A stretch of DNA of 64,000 nt from a virus (IMGVR_UViG_3300033463_000003), one strand, 5' to 3'. Shown: positions 9,171-20,837, numbered from the stretch's first letter. The notes: a model not told the origin generated them from the sequence alone. Numbers and translations: made by a program.

Positions 9171-12100
9171 CTAATCTACTGAAAGTCATTCACCAGCAAC
9201 TTTTACAAATACTTTTTTAACTCGTTTATGTAGGCCATTAATTTTTGGGAACATTGAAGTTAAAGTTTGGCCAACTCAATGTCTATTTACTTTTACATAG
9301 AAATCTGGCCCATACTTTACATAAATTTCTTTAGCTTCATAAACAGTGGTGGTATAATAATATCTTGTAGCATTTATTTCATATTCAATTACCAATGAAA
9401 TACCATAAATCATGCCACCATAATAGCCAACTGTAACTACAAATGTAAGATTATTTAAGTCACTTCTTGATCAGGTTCCACAATCAGGAATGGCAACAAT
9501 ACTATTAGAAGTAGATGAATATTGGCCAGCTTCTCCAACCGCAGTGCCATTTTTGTATAATTGAATTTTACAGAAACGTGAATCATTCATAGTAGTGCTT
9601 TCAGCATGACCATAAGCTCTACAGCTAATACCTGTAATAACAGCATCATTTGGGATACTACTGAAATTAAATGTATAAGTAATAGTACCTGTTGTACCAT
9701 TGCCTGAAGAATATGAGTTAGAGGAAGTGCTAGTAGTGCTTGGACTTTCTGCCGTTTTACCAACAGCATTTGCCCATAAACCATTGTTACTACTATTTAA
9801 GCTTGTATATGAAGAATTTGTAGCAGTATATGTTGAACTTGCCGTATCTTTTCTTGCAACTAATTCATCAACAACCTCTACATAATTATCTGAAACTGAT
9901 AGTGGAATTGTAGCTGTTGTTTGATAGTCAGTTGGAGTAATTCTTAAAGTATACTCTTCACCCTCATTAATTGTTGTTGTAGTTGGTGTAATAGTTCCAA
10001 ATGTATCAATATAAGCATTAACTGCAACTGGTTCAGGAACTTTTGAGGTGAATGTAATTGAGCCAGCATGTATCAGCTCAAATGAATAAGTATAAGTAGT
10101 TCCTGATTTAGTAGCTTTTGCTGAAACATTTTCACCATTATGCACAATAAGTAAGATATTGCTACTTGGAACACTAGAAACTGTAAATGTAATAGTTTTA
10201 CCGGCATAATCTGTAATAGAATTATCTGATAGTGTGCCTGTGCCAGTTAAAGTGGCTGTTGTAGTAAATTGTGGTAAAACTGAAAACTTAAAAGCTAAAG
10301 CATGGTCTGCTGCAATATTACTTAATGTGTAATTGACAGCATGAACGTCGCCTGGAATAATATAATAAATAGCTTTTTCTATATTATTTTCTAATACTGT
10401 AATTTGGCCACTTGTGCTTGGAGTAATTGTAAGTGTTAAACTTTCACCAAGATATTTAGTTTGTGGTAATGTTGGGCTGATTGTTAATTCTGGCTCAGTT
10501 GCTGCTAAAGAAATGGTGTATTGAGGTAATGATTCATAGGTGATAGCTAATGTATGAGATTCACTAATACCATCAATAGTATAATAAACAGCAGCCACTT
10601 GGCCTAATGGAATTTCAAAAACTCCTGTTTCAGTTCCATTATCTACAACTCTAATAACACCTGGATTGCTTGGTGTAAGTGTTAAAGCTAAGTCATCACC
10701 AGTATAGAGAGTTTGAGGCAAGCTTGGTGAACAAGTAACTCCAGAACCAACTGTACCAGAAACTGTAAATTGTTCTGGTGGTTCATAAGTAATAGCTAAT
10801 ATATGAGCTTCAGCAACATCAGCGATATAGTGAGTTACTGGTTGAACATCAGTTCTTGAAATGGTGTAAATATAATCTTGACCGTTATCATTAACTATAA
10901 TAGCGCCACCAGCACTTGGTGTAATAGTAAATGAAATATCATCACCAGTATAAACTGATTGAGGAAGTGTTGGACTAATAGATAAACCAGATTGAACAGT
11001 ACCAGTAATTTGGAATTGTTGAGTTGGAACAAATGTAATACTTAAAGTGTGATTTGTTGTAATATTACTAATAGCATACTCAACAGTATGAACGTTTCCT
11101 CTTGGAATAGTATAGACTGTATCTACTCCATTATCGGTAACAGTAATAGCACCACTATCATTTGGTGTAATAGTAAATGCTTGGTCTGTGCCTTCATATT
11201 TATTATTAACTGGTAAGCTTGGGCTAATTGTTAAACCAGACCCAATAGAACCAGTAATATTATATTTAGCAAGCTCAGTAAATGTAATATTTAATGTATG
11301 AGCTGCCTGAACATTTTCAATAGTATAAACAACCGGTGTATAATCGTCAACTGGAATGGTAAATGTTTCAGTGACCACATTATTATCACGAACTATAATA
11401 GTGCCTGGTTTAGTTGGAGTAATTGTTAAGTCAAAGTCATTGCCTTCATAGGCAGTTGTTGGAAGACTTGGGCTAACAGATAAACCAGAAGCAATAGTTC
11501 CAGAAATATTATAGGTTACTGGGTTAACAAATGTAACAATAATAGTATGGTCAGCCGCTAAACCTGTTAAAGTATAAGTAAAATTATTACCAGAGGCAAC
11601 AATTTGTGAAGTAACATCAACATTATTATCTAAAACTTTAGACGGGCTTAAACCAGCTACATTTGGGGATAATGTGACTACACAGTTAGTTCCTGCCTCA
11701 CCTTCTTGTGAAGCGGGTGAAACAGAACCAAAAGCATTACAAGAGGCAGTAATTGAATAATATGTTATAGTATAAGAATATTCAACAGTAACATCCGCAC
11801 CATAAGTTCTCCAATATCTGTTATTACCAGTTGAAGAACCTGCCAGATATAAGCGAAGGTTATCAAAGTCTGACGGTGACCAAGTACTAGCCGCACCAGG
11901 TGTTAAAGTGTTTACAGCACCATAAGATGCAGTAGATGCAGAATATGCTTTACTTGAGCCCATAGCTGTAGAGCCAACATAAAGTCGAGCCGCCCTATCA
12001 GCAGGAACAGAAGTACTGTAAGTTCTAATTCTAACACGGCCACTTACACTTGTAATTGTTGCATTACTTGGAATATTGGCTGCATCAAAAGTAAGGTAAA

Positions 12101-12263
12101 CGGAACCAGTAGTATTTTTAGTAATAGTATATTGAGCATAGTTAGTGGTTCAATCAGCATTATGATATGCTCTAGATTCATTAGATATACTTAAATTACT
12201 ACTTCCAGTTGTACCAGAAGGAATAAGCGTTACCGAATCAGTTACTGTTTCAATTCTACTCAT
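9171..12263 (-). CDS. 1030-aa Ig-like/beta-sandwich repeat tail fibre or adhesin (code 4; four TGA=Trp)
   Basis: Extends the 830-aa track ORF in both directions; several ~83-aa repeats; GT[TGA]SRSDLNNL mirrors internal STWSPSDFDNL; C-terminal YVKVNRH[W] and FVKVAGE[W] motifs. Confidence 0.8.
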
Positions 12264-12295
12264 TGAATGTTTCCTTTACAAAATAAAAAGATAGA

Positions 12296-12538
12296 TTATT
12301 CTTTATAAACAATCCAAATATCTCCATTTGCGCCATCAGAGTCTGTTGGTTCGGAAGTACTTAAAATGATATTTCTAACTTGTGCTGTAGAATAAGCAAC
12401 ATTGTTTTGTGCAATAAGTTGACCTGTCATTGTATCGCCAGACTTATTAACTTTTGTAGTTCTAGCAGTTGCGTCTTTAATATCATGTGTGACCCCATCA
12501 GTAGTGGTAATTTGACTAATTTCGCTTGGATCTGGCAT
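12296..12538 (-). CDS. Small tail-associated protein
   Basis: DIKDATAR, KVNKSGDTMTG and STSEP..G.NGDIWI motifs typical of tail-fibre proteins. Confidence 0.6.
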   Translation of the reverse strand: MPDPSEISQITTTDGVTHDIKDATARTTKVNKSGDTMTGQLIAQNNVAYSTAQVRNIILSTSEPTDSDGANGDIWIVYKE

Positions 12539-12643
12539 AATATTTACTCCTTTTTTAAGTTGTTCTCAGTATAATTTAGCAAAATTATAGGCTTTTTATT
12601 ATAATAAAATTGTATAATATATATATATATAGGTTTTTTATTT

Positions 12644-13108
12644 ATGATTGAAATTATTAAAGCACCAAATCCAATTTTACATCAGAAGTCAGAGCCAGTT
12701 AAGCTTCCTTTAAGTCAAGAGGACAAAGCTTTACTTGATGAAATGTATAACTATTTAAAAGTTAATTCTGATATTGCTGCTGGTATAAGTGCAGTTCAAG
12801 TTGGTGTTTTAAAAAGAATGTGTGCTATTAAAACTATTATTGGTACGACAGTTCACAGTTATAAATTAGTTAACCCAAGAATTGTAAAGCATTCATCTAA
12901 GAAGTATTATTTAGAAGAAGGCTGTTTATCTGTAGACGAAGAGCATCATGAATTAATTGGCCGTTATGATGAAATTATGGTTATTGGCTATGATGCTATT
13001 ACAAATAAAAATATTACTATTAATACATCTGGTTGGCTAGCTCGACTATTACAGCATGAGATCGATCATATGGACGGAATTTTATTTACAAATAGGATTG
13101 AAGAATAA
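12644..13108 (+). CDS. def: Peptide deformylase
   Basis: GISAVQVG, EGCLS, HEIDH motifs. Confidence 0.92.
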   Translation: MIEIIKAPNPILHQKSEPVKLPLSQEDKALLDEMYNYLKVNSDIAAGISAVQVGVLKRMCAIKTIIGTTVHSYKLVNPRIVKHSSKKYYLEEGCLSVDEEHHELIGRYDEIMVIGYDAITNKNITINTSGWLARLLQHEIDHMDGILFTNRIEE

Positions 13109-13109
13109 T

Positions 13110-14426
13110 ATGGAAATGTTAAGTAAATTCAATATATTTTTTCAAGAAATCAATGCAAATACTGGACGAAACTATAAGATTTCAGTTTTAGAGTATTATA
13201 AAGATGACGAAGATATTAGGTATCTTTTAGATTTTATTTTTAATCCATACATTACAAGCGGCCTATCAACAAAGAAGCTAAATAAAGAAACTTGGTATAT
13301 TCTTGATACAACCCCAGACACTGTATTTGGAAGCTTTAAAGATTTATTAGAATATATAAAAGTTCATAATACTGGCCGTGATGTTGATATTGCTAATGTT
13401 AAATCCTGGTTTATGTCTGGTAATTCAATTATTAGGCACGTTACTTTAGAGGCTTTTGATGGTCAACTTTTAAACTTAGCATTTAATATTATTATCAAGA
13501 ATATTCAATTAGGTGTTGATGCTAAAACAATAAATAAAGTTATCCCAGGTTTAATTCCAGAATTTAATGTTCAGCTAAGTAATAAATACTTTGATAAACC
13601 AGATTTTGTTGAAGGTAAAGAATTCGCTATTACAACTAAGATTGATGGCTCAAGAATTATTGCTATTAAGGAAGCAGGCCAAGTTAGTTTCTATACACGT
13701 CAAGGACAAAAGTATGAAGGCCTAGTTGATTTAGAAGAGGAATTAAAAATAATGCCATTTGATAATTTTGTTTTGGATGGCGAAATTGTTGCTATTAATA
13801 CAGATAAAGAAAACACATATAAAAATACTATGAAGCTTTCTAGGACTAAGGATTTAGAAAAGCACGGGCTTAAAATGTTAGTATTTGATTATATGCCTGT
13901 AGCAAATTGGAAAATCCAAAAATGTCCATTAGCTTATCATACTCGTAGAACTACATTATCTTTTATGTTTGAGCCTGCGATAAAGTATGAATACTTTGAA
14001 TTATTACCACTTCTTTATGTTGGTAATGATACTTCTATGATTACTAAAATTTTAGATGAACAAGTAGCCGAAGGTGAAGAAGGTATTATGATTAATATCT
14101 GGGACGCACCTTATGAATTCAAAAGAACAAATAATCTTTTAAAGGTAAAAAAGTTCCAAGATACTGAAGTTGAAATCATTGGTTTTGAAGAAGGAACGAA
14201 TAAATTAGCTGGAACATTAGGTGCATTCATATGTAAATATAAAAATAATGAATTACGCGTAGGCTCAGGTTTGTCAGACGCTGATAGAGCTTATTTTTGG
14301 GCTCATAGGGACGCTTTTTTAGGAAAGATGATTACAATTAAGTATTTTGAAGAAAGTGTTGATTCAAGGACAAATTTACCATCACTCAGGTTTCCAATAT
14401 TTTTAAGAGTTAGGGAGGATATATAA
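13110..14426 (+). CDS. ATP-dependent DNA ligase
   Basis: KIDG (motif I), LDGE, EGIM, LLKVK, OB-fold VGSG and LRFP. Confidence 0.9.
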   Translation: MEMLSKFNIFFQEINANTGRNYKISVLEYYKDDEDIRYLLDFIFNPYITSGLSTKKLNKETWYILDTTPDTVFGSFKDLLEYIKVHNTGRDVDIANVKSWFMSGNSIIRHVTLEAFDGQLLNLAFNIIIKNIQLGVDAKTINKVIPGLIPEFNVQLSNKYFDKPDFVEGKEFAITTKIDGSRIIAIKEAGQVSFYTRQGQKYEGLVDLEEELKIMPFDNFVLDGEIVAINTDKENTYKNTMKLSRTKDLEKHGLKMLVFDYMPVANWKIQKCPLAYHTRRTTLSFMFEPAIKYEYFELLPLLYVGNDTSMITKILDEQVAEGEEGIMINIWDAPYEFKRTNNLLKVKKFQDTEVEIIGFEEGTNKLAGTLGAFICKYKNNELRVGSGLSDADRAYFWAHRDAFLGKMITIKYFEESVDSRTNLPSLRFPIFLRVREDI

Positions 14427-14611
14427 TGGCAAAGAAAAAAGAAAATAGCTTAAAATGGTGCTATATTGGTGAAAATAAAGATCAGGTAATGATGGTCTGT
14501 AGTAAGGAAGATTGGGAAGCTATTTGTGATATAGTTGAATGGGCTAAGAAACAGAGTATGCTACGTGAGTCTGATAATTGGAACTATTCTTATACTGCAG
14601 AAAATAGATAA
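14426..14611 (+). CDS. Hypothetical protein
   Basis: TAATG coupling. Confidence 0.5.
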   Translation: MAKKKENSLKWCYIGENKDQVMMVCSKEDWEAICDIVEWAKKQSMLRESDNWNYSYTAENR

Positions 14612-14688
14612 AATAAATAGGTTAAAAAAATGGCCACTTATTAAAAAAGCGGTCATTTTTTATTGTATAATATATTTGAGGTGTTAGA

Positions 14689-16170
14689 ATGTTTATAAAG
14701 AAAGTAGAACTAATCAAACCAATTAATTATCCTAAGGACATTCCAATGAATGAAGCTTTTGCTTATGGCCAAGATAATAGACTTTATAGAAGTTTAATTA
14801 GACTTTTTGAAGCCTTCTGGGTATATAATAAGAAAGAACTCTATTTAGTTGGGGGCGTTGTAAGAGACCTATTACTTGGCAAAGAGCCAAAAGATTATGA
14901 TTTAACAACTAATGCCACTCCAGAAGAAGTTAAAGCAATTTGTGAAGCTTTTGGATTAAAAACTTTTGACTCTGGAATTAAACATGGCACCTTAACTATT
15001 ATTGATGATTTTTATAAGCAAAGCTATGAAATTACAACTTACCGAACTGAATCTAAATATACGGATCATAGACATCCAGATAAAGTTGAGTTTGTAAGTA
15101 GCTTAGAAGAAGATTTAAAGCGCCGTGACTTCACAGTTAACTCATTTGCTTATAATCTATTAACACATGAAGTTTTAGCCTTAGAAGAGTCATTTTTCAA
15201 GGATTTAGAATATGGAATCATTAGAGCTGTTGGTGATCCAGCTGAAAGATATGAGGAAGATGCTTTAAGAATGTTACGTGCCTTACGTTTTATGGCCCAA
15301 TTAAATTTCAGCATTGAAAGATATACTTATTCAGCAATTGGTATGTGTAAAACTCTTCTTGGAAATATATCAAAAGAAAGAATCCGTGATGAATTAACCA
15401 AGATTTTATTAAGTGATAACCCTCAGATTTTAGAGCTTATTGCTTTGAATAGACTTGAAGATTATATTGGGGACTTTGAACATCCATACTTAAGTTGCAT
15501 GCTTGATTGTGAGCACCAAAACCCATGGCATTATACAGACGTTTTTCATCACACAATGGATGTAGTTAAAAGAGTGCCTAAAACATTTGAGCTTCGTTGG
15601 GCAGCACTTCTTCATGATATTGGAAAGCCTTTTGTTAAGCAATTAAAAGAAGGCACCAGAGATCATTATAGATATTTAGGCCACCAAGAAAAGTCAGCTG
15701 AAATTGCTCTTGAAATTATGGACCAACTTAAATTTTCAAATGACCAAAAAGATTTGATTTATAAGTTTGTTAAATACCATGATGATGATTTAGTTGAATG
15801 TAGAAATGCAACTTTTAAAAGAGTAGTTGTTGATATTGGCAAAGAGCACTTCAAGGATTTTATGAAACTAAGATTTGCTGATGCTATGGCTCACAGATTA
15901 ATTCACAGCACTAAATATGCCATTGAATATGTTGATAAAGTAATTGCCAGATTTGATAAGGTAATTTCTGAAGAGCAAGCCATGACTGTTAAAGATTTGG
16001 CTATTGATGGTAATGATATTCTTGCTGATGGTTTCTTACAAGGCAAAGAAATTGGTGAATGTTTAAGATGGATGCTTCAAATCGTGTTAGAGCACCCAGA
16101 ATACAATACACGTGAAAAATTATTAGAATATTTGGAGCTTTTTAAAGAAATGAGCTTCCAAAGTAGTTAA
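14689..16170 (+). CDS. cca: CCA-adding tRNA nucleotidyltransferase with HD domain
   Basis: VGGVVRD, DYD, RRDFTVN, EDALRMLRA, ERIRDE, LLHDIGK. Confidence 0.92.
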   Translation: MFIKKVELIKPINYPKDIPMNEAFAYGQDNRLYRSLIRLFEAFWVYNKKELYLVGGVVRDLLLGKEPKDYDLTTNATPEEVKAICEAFGLKTFDSGIKHGTLTIIDDFYKQSYEITTYRTESKYTDHRHPDKVEFVSSLEEDLKRRDFTVNSFAYNLLTHEVLALEESFFKDLEYGIIRAVGDPAERYEEDALRMLRALRFMAQLNFSIERYTYSAIGMCKTLLGNISKERIRDELTKILLSDNPQILELIALNRLEDYIGDFEHPYLSCMLDCEHQNPWHYTDVFHHTMDVVKRVPKTFELRWAALLHDIGKPFVKQLKEGTRDHYRYLGHQEKSAEIALEIMDQLKFSNDQKDLIYKFVKYHDDDLVECRNATFKRVVVDIGKEHFKDFMKLRFADAMAHRLIHSTKYAIEYVDKVIARFDKVISEEQAMTVKDLAIDGNDILADGFLQGKEIGECLRWMLQIVLEHPEYNTREKLLEYLELFKEMSFQSS

Positions 16171-16181
16171 AAGGAAAAAAT

Positions 16182-16700
16182 ATGAAAGTATTATTTTTAG
16201 ATATTGATGGCGTTTTAAATAGTGATAGGACCCTCTATGATGATGTTTCTTTAGAGGACGATTTAATCATGAATTTAAAGGCAATAATTGATAAAACAGG
16301 TGCAAAGATCATACTTTCTTCCTCTTGGCGCTGTATTCCTTCTGCTGTTCAAAAATTAATGGGTAAATTAGATGAGCATGATTTATATTTATCTGGATTA
16401 ACTAAGGACGGTGTTGAGGTTAGCACAGTTGAAGCTTTAGGATTTAAGCCAACTGAAAGATACACAGATACTGATTATAGTGGTAGCTGTCCAAAAGATA
16501 TTACACATGATAGAGGTGCTGAAATTGCTGTTTGGTTAGACGAGCACCAAGATAGAGTAGATAGTTTTGTTATTTTAGATGATGAAGATTATGATATTAA
16601 ACTATACTACCCAAGTCATTTAGTTTTAACAAGATACGAAACAGGTTTAACAGAGGCTAATGTTGAAGAGGCAATAAAGATATTAAATAAAGGAAAGTAA
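16182..16700 (+). CDS. HAD-family phosphatase (RNA-repair-type HAD_SAK-like)
   Basis: FLDIDGVLN, SSSWR, RG.EI..WL, FVILDD. Confidence 0.75.
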   Translation: MKVLFLDIDGVLNSDRTLYDDVSLEDDLIMNLKAIIDKTGAKIILSSSWRCIPSAVQKLMGKLDEHDLYLSGLTKDGVEVSTVEALGFKPTERYTDTDYSGSCPKDITHDRGAEIAVWLDEHQDRVDSFVILDDEDYDIKLYYPSHLVLTRYETGLTEANVEEAIKILNKGK

Positions 16701-16702
16701 TT

Positions 16703-17785
16703 ATGGAAGACAGAGAAACAAAATTTTTTATTAATCATATTGATAAATGGGATATAATGCAAAATATTAATTTTACAGAAGAAGACCAAAAGAAATTTTT
16801 AGAAGCTTTAGCAAATGCTCCTGAGGCAAATAAAGCTCTTAAAGATTTAATGAGCCCAATGTATCAAATGATTGCTGACGAAAATGAATTACGTTGGTTT
16901 TTTGATCATGTTTTAGTTAAGCCACAAGTAAATGAATCATATTCAGCTGTTTTTGTTAGCCGCCATAAGAAGCTCACAAAAGAAGAGCAAGAAGTAGTTG
17001 GCCTTACAAGAAAAGAAGCAGAATTTTTAGCAACACAAACTTTTAGACAAGCAAAATTCAAGGATGCTTTTAATATTGATGAAGAAAATAGTTGGACTTT
17101 TGATAGGTTTTTACAAAGAATTAGAAGATTTAATGTAGATAAATATGCTTATACAACTTCTAAGGGTGAACCAATTCCAACTAAAACTTTGGCTGTAATT
17201 TTCTATGTTAACCCATGTGATGATATTAAAGTTGTTAGGGAATTTGTTAATCAATACTTAGATGTTAGTCAATCAATTTCAAAAGCTATGTTAGGCGGAA
17301 AAACTTATACTGATAATTTACATGGTTATCAATGGTTTGGAAACGCTGAAAATAATCTTAAACACCTTAAAGCAAATCAAAAAGGCACAAGATATTGGAT
17401 GGATTTTGACTTAGACTGCCCAACTTGGTTTAGAGATCAAGATGGCAAAGGCGATGGCACGGGCTATTACTTCGATATGATGAAACGTGAATTAAATACT
17501 AGATTTGGAAAAGGCAATTATGTTATTGTTTCTACTTCTGGCGGCTATCATATTTTAGTTAAAACAAGTGCTATTAAGGCAAATCCGCATGATTTCTGTA
17601 AACAAATGGAAAAACTTTATAAACAAGGTGTCAAAGATGGCGAGTATCCACCATATTTAGATGAAAAAGGCGTTTGTAAGTTTGAGTGTATTGTTAATGA
17701 TAGTCAAATTCCAGGTTTACCACTTCCAGGCACATATCAATATGATAGACCAGTCGTAGTTTTAAATAAGGAGGACTTTGAATAA
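16703..17785 (+). CDS. Hypothetical protein, possibly AEP/prim-pol-like
   Basis: DFDLD and STSGGYH resemble AEP motifs I and II. Confidence 0.4.
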   Translation: MEDRETKFFINHIDKWDIMQNINFTEEDQKKFLEALANAPEANKALKDLMSPMYQMIADENELRWFFDHVLVKPQVNESYSAVFVSRHKKLTKEEQEVVGLTRKEAEFLATQTFRQAKFKDAFNIDEENSWTFDRFLQRIRRFNVDKYAYTTSKGEPIPTKTLAVIFYVNPCDDIKVVREFVNQYLDVSQSISKAMLGGKTYTDNLHGYQWFGNAENNLKHLKANQKGTRYWMDFDLDCPTWFRDQDGKGDGTGYYFDMMKRELNTRFGKGNYVIVSTSGGYHILVKTSAIKANPHDFCKQMEKLYKQGVKDGEYPPYLDEKGVCKFECIVNDSQIPGLPLPGTYQYDRPVVVLNKEDFE

Positions 17786-17900
17786 TGAGTTTCTTTATGA
17801 TTATTGGAATTATTACAGTAGCAACTATTATTGGGACTATTGCTGGAGTTTGTTTAGGTATTCCTCTTAGCAATTATATTAAAGAAAGAGTTAAATAATT

Positions 17901-18218
17901 ATGCCTCATTATTGTTTTAAGCAACCAAATAGAAAATATAGCGTCTGGTCAACTATTGTAGATGCTCCTATTTTTTATGATGCTACAAAAGCTGAAATCT
18001 GGGAGCATGAAAATGTCCGTGATGAGTTAGAGTGGAAGCAATGGGTAAAACCAAGCTTAGAAGCAGCTCTTGACAAAGGTGATATTGAATGCTGCCTTTA
18101 TAATGGTAATATGACTAAAGAAGAATTATTAGATTACTTTAAAGAAATAGGTTATCATGGCCAATATTATGATTATGCTGTGAATTGGAAACCCGATGAT
18201 GAGGAGGATTTTGAATAA
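17901..18218 (+). CDS. Hypothetical protein
   Basis: ORF track. Confidence 0.55.
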   Translation: MPHYCFKQPNRKYSVWSTIVDAPIFYDATKAEIWEHENVRDELEWKQWVKPSLEAALDKGDIECCLYNGNMTKEELLDYFKEIGYHGQYYDYAVNWKPDDEEDFE

Positions 18219-18691
18219 TGGAAAAGATTAAAATTAAAAAAACTACAAGATGTGATACTAGAACTTTGCCACCAGGCGCTGTTGTTTCTGAAGCTGATGC
18301 CACATTAGATACAAAACTACATATTCAAGCAGTTCAAAAATGTGCTATTGCATTAATTAATATGTTATTAGAGCAAGTAAAACAACATGATCATACAAAA
18401 TTAGATAGTATTTCTAAGTTTACAGCTGGTTTAAATAAAGGAATTGACAGTAAGGAATTTGATGATTGGTACGAAATGCATGTCGCCTCAGAGCGTCATC
18501 ATTTACTAAAAAATTGCCCAGAAGATGTTAATTTAGTCGATGTCATTGAAATGATTTGTGATTGTGTTTCTGCTGGTATGGCAAGAACTGGAAAAGTATT
18601 TGATATTGAAATTCCAGCTGATATTCTTACTAAAGCTGTTGCTAATACTGCTAAGATGCTTATAGATAATATTGAAGTAGATGAAGACTAA
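18218..18691 (+). CDS. HD-like (DUF5662-type) protein
   Basis: HDHTK, H..SERHH, D..EMICD. Confidence 0.55.
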   Translation: MEKIKIKKTTRCDTRTLPPGAVVSEADATLDTKLHIQAVQKCAIALINMLLEQVKQHDHTKLDSISKFTAGLNKGIDSKEFDDWYEMHVASERHHLLKNCPEDVNLVDVIEMICDCVSAGMARTGKVFDIEIPADILTKAVANTAKMLIDNIEVDED

Positions 18692-18992
18692 TATGAAATA
18701 CGGTTATCATTTTTATGACTGGGGCTTATGGGAAATAGATGAGCTCTTAGAAGTAGAAGAATTAAAAGAAGACTATATTACTAAAGATGCTTTTGGAACC
18801 CATAAATTCAAGAAAGAAGATTGGTGTTTGGTAAAAGCTTCTAAACCAATATTTATACTTCCACAATATAAGGATGGCAATTTTGTTTATACTGAAGTTA
18901 ATGAAGGTCCTTATTATAAAAAGAATATCTTTGATACAAAAGAAGAAGCTGAAGATTATGGTAGAAAACATAGTAGTTGTAATTTTATTTAA
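18681..18992 (+). CDS. Hypothetical protein
   Basis: ORF track, overlapping operon. Confidence 0.55.
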   Translation: MKTNMKYGYHFYDWGLWEIDELLEVEELKEDYITKDAFGTHKFKKEDWCLVKASKPIFILPQYKDGNFVYTEVNEGPYYKKNIFDTKEEAEDYGRKHSSCNFI

Positions 18993-19004
18993 GGAGATTA
19001 AATA

Positions 19005-19247
19005 ATGGTAGAATATACAGTTGAAACATTAGTTCATTTATATGACAGCTTAAATAATCAAATTGAAAGTGCTCAAAATGACCTATGCATGTGTAATTTA
19101 AATGTTAGTGTTATTCCAGATGAAAATAGAGCTGAAATTGAAGCGGCTTATGCAAAAACAGAAAAAAGACTTGAAAAACTTGTTAGCATGAGAGATGATG
19201 TTGAAAGTCTTCTTAATAAAATTTTAAAAGTTGAGGTTAATGAATAA
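19005..19247 (+). CDS. Hypothetical protein
   Basis: RBS AAGGAG. Confidence 0.55.
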   Translation: MVEYTVETLVHLYDSLNNQIESAQNDLCMCNLNVSVIPDENRAEIEAAYAKTEKRLEKLVSMRDDVESLLNKILKVEVNE

Positions 19248-19804
19248 TGTTAGAAAATGAATATAGTTTAAATGAAGAAATTCATCATTGGGAAGATGAC
19301 CCATTAAAAACAAAAATTATTCCACTATTTGAAGATGATAGAGTAAAACTTTATTATACAAAACAATGCACTAAAGATGAAAAAGGCCATGGTTATATTC
19401 AAAGGGATGTTTTAGCAGTTAATATTAAAGATAAAAATATTACTATTACACACCAGCCACATCTTGACCCATATGTTTCAGTTGAAGAAAATATTGTTTG
19501 TATGACCAGTGATGGTGAATGCTGGGTTTGTGACATTAATACTGGTAAAGAAAATAGTATTGATATGCCAATTGTTGCTTTTGACCATTACATAGACTTT
19601 GATACAGAAAATCAACGTAGAAATATTCCAAATACTTTTATTGTTAGTGGCGAAGGCTGCTATTGGGCCTGTGAAGCTTGGCCACAAGGTTTTGAAATCT
19701 ACATTGATAAAGATACTTTAGAAGAAAAAGCTCAAGATGTTTGGGACGAAGAGGAGGGCTATGAAGCTTATAGAAAAGAACTCGATGAAAGTAGCGAGGA
19801 TTAA
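19247..19804 (+). CDS. Hypothetical acidic protein
   Basis: ORF track, TAATG coupling. Confidence 0.55.
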   Translation: MLENEYSLNEEIHHWEDDPLKTKIIPLFEDDRVKLYYTKQCTKDEKGHGYIQRDVLAVNIKDKNITITHQPHLDPYVSVEENIVCMTSDGECWVCDINTGKENSIDMPIVAFDHYIDFDTENQRRNIPNTFIVSGEGCYWACEAWPQGFEIYIDKDTLEEKAQDVWDEEEGYEAYRKELDESSED

Positions 19805-19904
19805 ATATGTTTAGTCATGAATTAGAATATATTACAAATAAAGATTACCAAGAATGGTGGGATAAAATTATAGAAGAACTTAATAAGAAAGAGGACTTTG
19901 AATA

Positions 19905-20162
19905 ATGATCAAAGAAGAATTTATTAAAGCATTGGAGTCTGCACAAGTAGATGAACATGGCAGATTATATCTTCAAGGAAAGTATGATAACAAAATCTAC
20001 TTTGGAATTATTACTACTATTTGTGCTGACCTATTTGATGAATATATTTGTGATGATGAAACAGATGAAATTTATGATAGACATTTCTGGGATGATGATA
20101 CATTAGAAGTGCGTGTTATAAATAATCAAAGTTTCAATATAAAAGAAATGACAAAGGAGTAA
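19905..20162 (+). CDS. Hypothetical protein
   Basis: ORF track. Confidence 0.5.
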   Translation: MIKEEFIKALESAQVDEHGRLYLQGKYDNKIYFGIITTICADLFDEYICDDETDEIYDRHFWDDDTLEVRVINNQSFNIKEMTKE

Positions 20163-20165
20163 GTT

Positions 20166-20837
20166 ATGTTAGATTATAGTAAATTTGATCATATTTGGGG
20201 CTTAGACTGGGAACAACGCCATGAAGCTGAATCACAATTTGTTTTAGATGAAATTAAAAAGCGTCAAGATATGCTCAAAGAAAAAAGAGACCAACTTGAC
20301 CAACTTAATTATGAAGCTAATTTAATTACAGCTGATATCTGTAATGTTATTCGTGATGATCTTTGGGGAGCTTCTAAGTTTAATATGTTTTTTGGTATTA
20401 ATGATGAAGCATTTTGGAAAGCTTGGCGTTATTTTAATCATCATAAAGATAAAGATTTTGAAGATTATAAGGACCCAGAAGTTAAAAAAGAAGAAAAGAA
20501 TGCACTTAATTTCATTGATGGCATGATTAAACAATATATTTTTTCAGACAAAGATGAAGCTAAGTTAGTTGAATGCCTAAGTTATTGTTATGGTATTGGC
20601 TATGATTTTACGTATTCATATAAAGGTGAAACAATTCAAGTATATATTCCGCTCTATCAAAAAACTACATGTGATAATTATTTAGATATGCTTGCTGGTT
20701 ATAGACTTAATTTCAAAGAGTCAGAATATAGCTGGGGCTGGATTGCAGGTGGACTAGACTATAGAGCATTAAAAGAAAAACTTGATGCTTGGCTAGAAAC
20801 CCGTCAGGCAAAAAAAGAGGAGCAAAACAATGGATAA
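20166..20837 (+). CDS. Hypothetical protein
   Basis: ORF track. Confidence 0.6.
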   Translation: MLDYSKFDHIWGLDWEQRHEAESQFVLDEIKKRQDMLKEKRDQLDQLNYEANLITADICNVIRDDLWGASKFNMFFGINDEAFWKAWRYFNHHKDKDFEDYKDPEVKKEEKNALNFIDGMIKQYIFSDKDEAKLVECLSYCYGIGYDFTYSYKGETIQVYIPLYQKTTCDNYLDMLAGYRLNFKESEYSWGWIAGGLDYRALKEKLDAWLETRQAKKEEQNNG

